Shown here piece by piece: positions 62,465 to 64,000 of a stretch of 64,000 nt of DNA. The stretch is from positions 32,001 to 96,000 of the forward strand of contig CP166615.1 in NCBI GenBank assembly GCA_041937175.2, given 5' to 3'. Numbering within the stretch: the first letter of the stretch is position 1; each line of letters begins with the position of its first letter. The position numbers and the translations under genes were made by a program. Source of the DNA: Limnothrix sp. BL-A-16 (GTDB lineage: Bacteria; Cyanobacteriota; Cyanobacteriia; CACIAM-69d). Below the pieces are notes generated by a model. It was not told where the DNA came from. It saw nothing but the letters and a program-made list of their open reading frames with translations, and ran no database searches.

Positions 62465-63676
62465 CTAGGCCATCTCTTCGGCCAGGGTGCGGGCGATCGC
62501 CCCGAGGTTAAAGCCCGATGGGTAGCAATGTTCGGCTTTGCACCGCTTCAGTTCCGTTTCATTAATCACGATTTTGAGCCGCTGCATGATTTGGCGGGTG
62601 AGGTCGGCGCGATCGAGCGTGCCCACCACGGAGCCGATCGGACTCAAAACCACCAACCGTTGCACCTGCCGTTCTTCCATCAGCAGGGCTGCTTCGGCCA
62701 GGGTGGCGCTGTCCGCGATCGAGGTGAGGCGGTCAATGGGTTCAATGGCATCCACCACCCGAATCCAGGGCCAGCGCTCATGGTCAATGGCTTTGAGGCT
62801 TTCGGGATCAATCCGGCCCCGATCGCGCCCATCCACGGCCACAAAGTATTCCGGGCGATCGGCCGTCAGCAGGTAGTTATCCACAAAATCCCGCAGGCTC
62901 AGGTGACCATCCACGATCCGGAATTCCCGGGATTGGGCATTGGCCACCCGTTCATTCACCAGAGCTTCCTGCACGGTGGTCAGGCGTTCGTAACTGGCGG
63001 CATTGCGCAAACAGAACCAGCCAATTAACCCAATCCACCAGCCCTGGAGACCGCCGGGCACAAACAGGATCAGGAAGGCAGCCAAGCTGATGCCTAACCA
63101 GCCGATCGCCTGGCCGGCTTTGGCGGCCCAACGCACGCCCGTAAACCGGCTGCCGGTGGCTTTCCAAACCAGTGCCTTCAGCACCTGGCCGCCATCGAGG
63201 GGCAAACCGGGAATTAGGTTAAACACCGCCAGCACTAAATTAATCCGCGCCAAATTCAAGCAAAGGATGGTGAGCGGGCTGGTGGGAGCCAACCGCCCGA
63301 TCGCGGACAGCAAAATAAACAGGCTCAAGCTGACGAGGGGCCCCGCGATCGCCACTTGCATCGCGCCGCCGGGGGTTTTGGATTCCCGGTCGATCGCGGC
63401 CACGCCGCCAAACATGAACAGGGTGATCGAATTCACGGCGATGCCTTGCGATCGGGCCGCCAAGCTGTGGCCCAACTCATGCACCAGCACGGAGCCAAAG
63501 AGCAACAAAGCGGTCAGCAAACCCAACAGCCAGGTCAGCCCCGCGCCCCAATCGGGATAGCGGTTCGCCCACTCAACACTGTTGGCGGCCGAAAACCAAA
63601 CCAAAATTAAAAACCACGATGGATCGACTAGTAGCGGAATGTTAAAGATCGACCCCACGCGCCAACCGCTTTGCAT
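62465..63676 (-). CDS. Site-2 protease (M50) with CBS domains
   Basis: HELGH, AGPLVS and FNLIPGLPLDGG. Confidence 0.93.
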   Translation of the reverse strand: MQSGWRVGSIFNIPLLVDPSWFLILVWFSAANSVEWANRYPDWGAGLTWLLGLLTALLLFGSVLVHELGHSLAARSQGIAVNSITLFMFGGVAAIDRESKTPGGAMQVAIAGPLVSLSLFILLSAIGRLAPTSPLTILCLNLARINLVLAVFNLIPGLPLDGGQVLKALVWKATGSRFTGVRWAAKAGQAIGWLGISLAAFLILFVPGGLQGWWIGLIGWFCLRNAASYERLTTVQEALVNERVANAQSREFRIVDGHLSLRDFVDNYLLTADRPEYFVAVDGRDRGRIDPESLKAIDHERWPWIRVVDAIEPIDRLTSIADSATLAEAALLMEERQVQRLVVLSPIGSVVGTLDRADLTRQIMQRLKIVINETELKRCKAEHCYPSGFNLGAIARTLAEEMA

Positions 63677-63815
63677 GGTAACCGCCTCAATCGATCGAAC
63701 TCTTTCTTCCAGGGTAACGCGCTTCCTTGGATCGACTGAATCGACGCACGGAAATTGATAATTATCAGCTTTACAATCTCGTTAGGCTCCATTTTCCAAT
63801 TCCTTTTCCCCTACC

Positions 63816-64000
63816 GTGACTGCGATCGCCCCTGAACTCACCCAGTTTTCCGCCACCGATGCTTGTCCCTATGTTTGGACTTGGCAAGGCCATCGCATTT
63901 GCTATCAGCATTCGGGTGATGCTGGCCCCGCTGTGGTTTTAATCCACGGGTTCGGGGCTTCCTGGCGGCATTGGCGTAAAAATATTCCCTTTTTGGCGCA
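63816..64000 (+). CDS. Alpha/beta hydrolase (5' part, truncated by window)
   Basis: Manual translation gives ...WTWQGHRICY..SG..GPAVVLIHGFGASWRHWRKNIP. Confidence 0.85.
   Translation, partial: MTAIAPELTQFSATDACPYVWTWQGHRICYQHSGDAGPAVVLIHGFGASWRHWRKNIPFLA

Overview
64 kb of chromosome from a moderately GC-rich cyanobacterium. The HIP1 octamer GCGATCGC is pervasive, and chlL/chlN, ftrV and cyanobacterial gshA are present. A fraC-fraD-fraE operon indicates a filamentous form; Limnothrix/Pseudanabaenales-like is my inference. Most of the window is housekeeping: chlN (partial), chlL, dnaK, gshA, prfA, rph, surE, nfi, a group-2 sigma factor, moeB, map, hisG, tRNA-Ala(GGC), an RND pump, cobO and cysT/cysW. 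Three things stand out. (1) A 3.3 kb cassette between two duplicated Uma2 genes encodes a Pepco/Trypco-like small protein, an intact caspase fused to an FGE-type C-type-lectin domain, and a PD-(D/E)XK nuclease-like protein. The 3' end of the caspase gene looks like a diversity-generating retroelement (DGR) variable region, although no RT or template is in the window. (2) Three tandem tail-collar (MdpB-like) genes are followed by an orphan MbtH gene, with no phage or NRPS nearby. (3) A ~130-140 bp TA-flanked MITE family carries a central palindrome (CAAGGGGCTTAAGCCCCTTG) that also appears to be one of its insertion targets, giving nested and tandem arrays. FraD is short and appears to lack its periplasmic domain. 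All family assignments are from motif recognition by eye, not database searches.
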